A DNA stretch of 64,000 nucleotides from Somniosus microcephalus (lineage: Eukaryota), in contig CM126214.1 of assembly GCA_052327205.1 (NCBI GenBank), positions 138,198,001 through 138,262,000 on the forward strand. Direction: 5' to 3'. Below, piece after piece: positions 61,783 to 64,000 of this stretch. Positions within the stretch are counted from its first letter, which is position 1, and each line of letters begins with the position of its first letter. The position numbers and the translations under genes were made by a program. The notes under the pieces were generated by a model. It was not told the DNA's origin, ran no database searches, and saw nothing but the letters and a program-made list of their open reading frames with translations.

Positions 61783-62063
61783 CTATTCCTTTATATATCC
61801 CCAAACCTTCCAAAGGTAATATATTATTGTGAAAGTGTTACAGGATAAAGCTCCATAACCAGCTGCTTGTTCCGCCTTCCCATATCATTCCAGGTCAGGT
61901 AGATTGACACAGGTGATAAGGACCTATTCCTTTATATGTCCTCATCCCTTTCAAGGGTAAATGTATTTATATTATTTTTAATGGGTTAGAGAATAAAATG
62001 ACGTACCCAGCTGCTTTTGGCTCCCTCGGTTCCAGGTCAGGTAGAGTGACACAGGTAATAAGT
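61783..62063. repeat. Diverged tandem duplication, unit about 140 bp
   Basis: CTATTCCTTTATAT...CCAGCTGCTT...TTCCAGGTCAGGTAGA.TGACACAGGT.ATAAG occurs twice in tandem. Confidence 0.8.
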
Positions 62064-62139
62064 ACCATGTGTTGCCTGGGAAACAGAGTCAAGCTGTACA
62101 TGGATGGACAACTGCTGTTCACCCAGATACCAGTAATCA

Positions 62140-62520
62140 AAATGGTGGTCTACCTGCCTTTCATCTGCCACATTCCCGGGTCACATAACCCGTTTGGCCA
62201 GATTATGCTATTAAGCTGTAACCATTTACACCTCCTCTGGACCCATCTTTTGTTTCTCAACTTGTCCTTTTTGCCTTGCACTATCATCCTTTTGGTCATT
62301 TAATCAGTCCTGTCCTCCACCCTATCACAGACCTCTCCCTTTTATTCTTTCCCTGCCCCCCTCCCTTTCTCTCTGGATCTTTATTTGCTTTAAAGCTGTT
62401 CACCTCTAATATCTTCCAGTTCTGATGGAAGGTAATCAACTTGAAATGTTAGCTCTGTTTCTCTCTCCACAGATGCTGCCTGACCTGCTGAGCGTTTCCA
62501 CCATTTCCTGTTTTTATTTC
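62140..62520 (+). mobile_element. Penelope-like 3' region
   Basis: Pyrimidine-rich body ending TCTCTCCACAGATGCTGCCTGACCTGCTGAGCGTTTCCA, the same tail family as 25125-25505. Confidence 0.6.
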
Positions 62521-64000
62521 AAAATGCTGGGCCTGACATGCATGGTGTGGTACTCTACAAACTTGGTGTTCTCTTCTCTTGACACGTAGCCAGCAATATG
62601 TAGAGAGCCTTGGCCTCACCATTCAGGCACAAGGGACACAAACTATGCACCCCCCTCCCCCACCCCCAGCTCGCCCAAAGATGGTCATGGCCCACTTTCT
62701 AGGTATGAATCTCTGTCACACACATTTCAATTTATCTTCCCCTGCTGCTCTTCCCCCACAATTTGTCTCCCCTTAGCACTCCTCTCCAAAAGTCAGTGAA
62801 TCATACTGGGGTGCATTCCAAGGAGTCCGTAGCCTCATGGTAACTTCCTTAACAGTGAGTCTAAATTTTGAGTGTTAGCAGGCAATTCAACCACGAGCAG
62901 CATCATAGCCACCCAATTATGTCCTTATCCAAATATCACAAATCTGCACATTCCAGCAGGGAATCACTGGACAGCAATCAGAAGAAGGAATCATGGGTAA
63001 TTTTGTATTTGTATCTCCTTACCCAAGCACCATAACCCAATTGTCATTCCTCTACCATTACCTCAACTGAGGTTAGCTAATTCAGCACATACAGGGATTC
63101 AACCAATTCTCTTCTAAATGTAATTCTCCCTAGTCACACATGAAAAAATATCATAAGGTAATAAATATAGAAAGATCAACCCTATCTAATTGAAGCCTAT
63201 TTCAGGCTTCATTAAGTGTATTGCAAAATATTTACCTTTACTTTAGGAAAAGCTTTGTGTAATTTATTGGTGTAATTTATTCCCACTATTTGACTATAGC
63301 TATGTTTAACACAGCACTGACCTAGTGCACTACCATTCATTCCAACATCAATGAGAAATGATAAGAAGCTTGCAGACTAATTCTCGCATTCTTTCCTCAT
63401 AGTCTATACACCACTAACCAAAACTGTTGGTACCTGGATAGCTCTTTCTAGGAAAAGGCTAGGAAAGGCTTCCTTAGTGGTTCAAGCAAGTGAAAACAGC
63501 TCTTCCCCACTGCCAGTCTGAGCCAATTGCAACAAGTTTGCTTGGTGGTTGAAGCCAGCCATGTGTGACCCAGGCGTTGGGAGCTGCCACCATTAGCATA
63601 GGTCCTGGCGCAATCTAAAAACAGCTTTAATCCACTGAGTAGCTCAGCCATGCAGACTTTGAAGATCTCAGGCTCAATGCCCAGTGTTGTGTTAGCTAAT
63701 CCCAACATGACAATCCATTTGGCCTTAGTGATTCCTGCTGTAAATGTACATATATGGGAAGTACCCCGTGGTAAAATGTCCCATCAACACTTGTTGTAAC
63801 AGCTCACAAATGAATAAAGACTACTTGGGTGAGGTATCAGAAGGAGTTTTACACCAATGGAACTGTACACCAGCAAGGACTCAACTCCTTCAGGAGATGA
63901 TGGGAAGGAAGAAAAATTGGCAAGAGGAAAATAAGTTACAAAAGTAGTGTTGTATTAGCCTACACTCTATTTTTAAATGTTAATATTAAAATGATAATTG

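Overview
Vertebrate genomic DNA, almost certainly from a cartilaginous fish (shark-type CR1, L2, Rex/Babar, Penelope, V-SINE and Deu-SINE repeats). The window holds one host gene, ZNF217, on the minus strand. Its parts are a CpG-island promoter with a probable non-coding exon 1 near 57.5 kb, an intron of about 38 kb, and three coding exons (19588-17815, 12373-12248, 7139-5412); the final exon was not found in the window. The protein has 10 C2H2 fingers, including an extra N-terminal pair resembling ZNF516/ZNF536. Intron 1 carries a four-level nest: a SINE, split by a CR1 LINE, split by a defective Ty3/Gypsy element A (37243-46284, +), split by an intact Gypsy element B with identical LTRs (39213-43913, -). 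Both Gypsy elements lack a tRNA primer-binding site. Instead the bases just after the 5' LTR are perfectly complementary to each element's own LTR poly(A)-signal region, with compensatory changes between A and B. Both also have YLDN instead of YXDD in reverse transcriptase. This points to a tRNA-independent priming and/or poly(A)-occlusion mechanism, which is the strongest candidate here for something undescribed. All family names come from motif recognition, not database searches.
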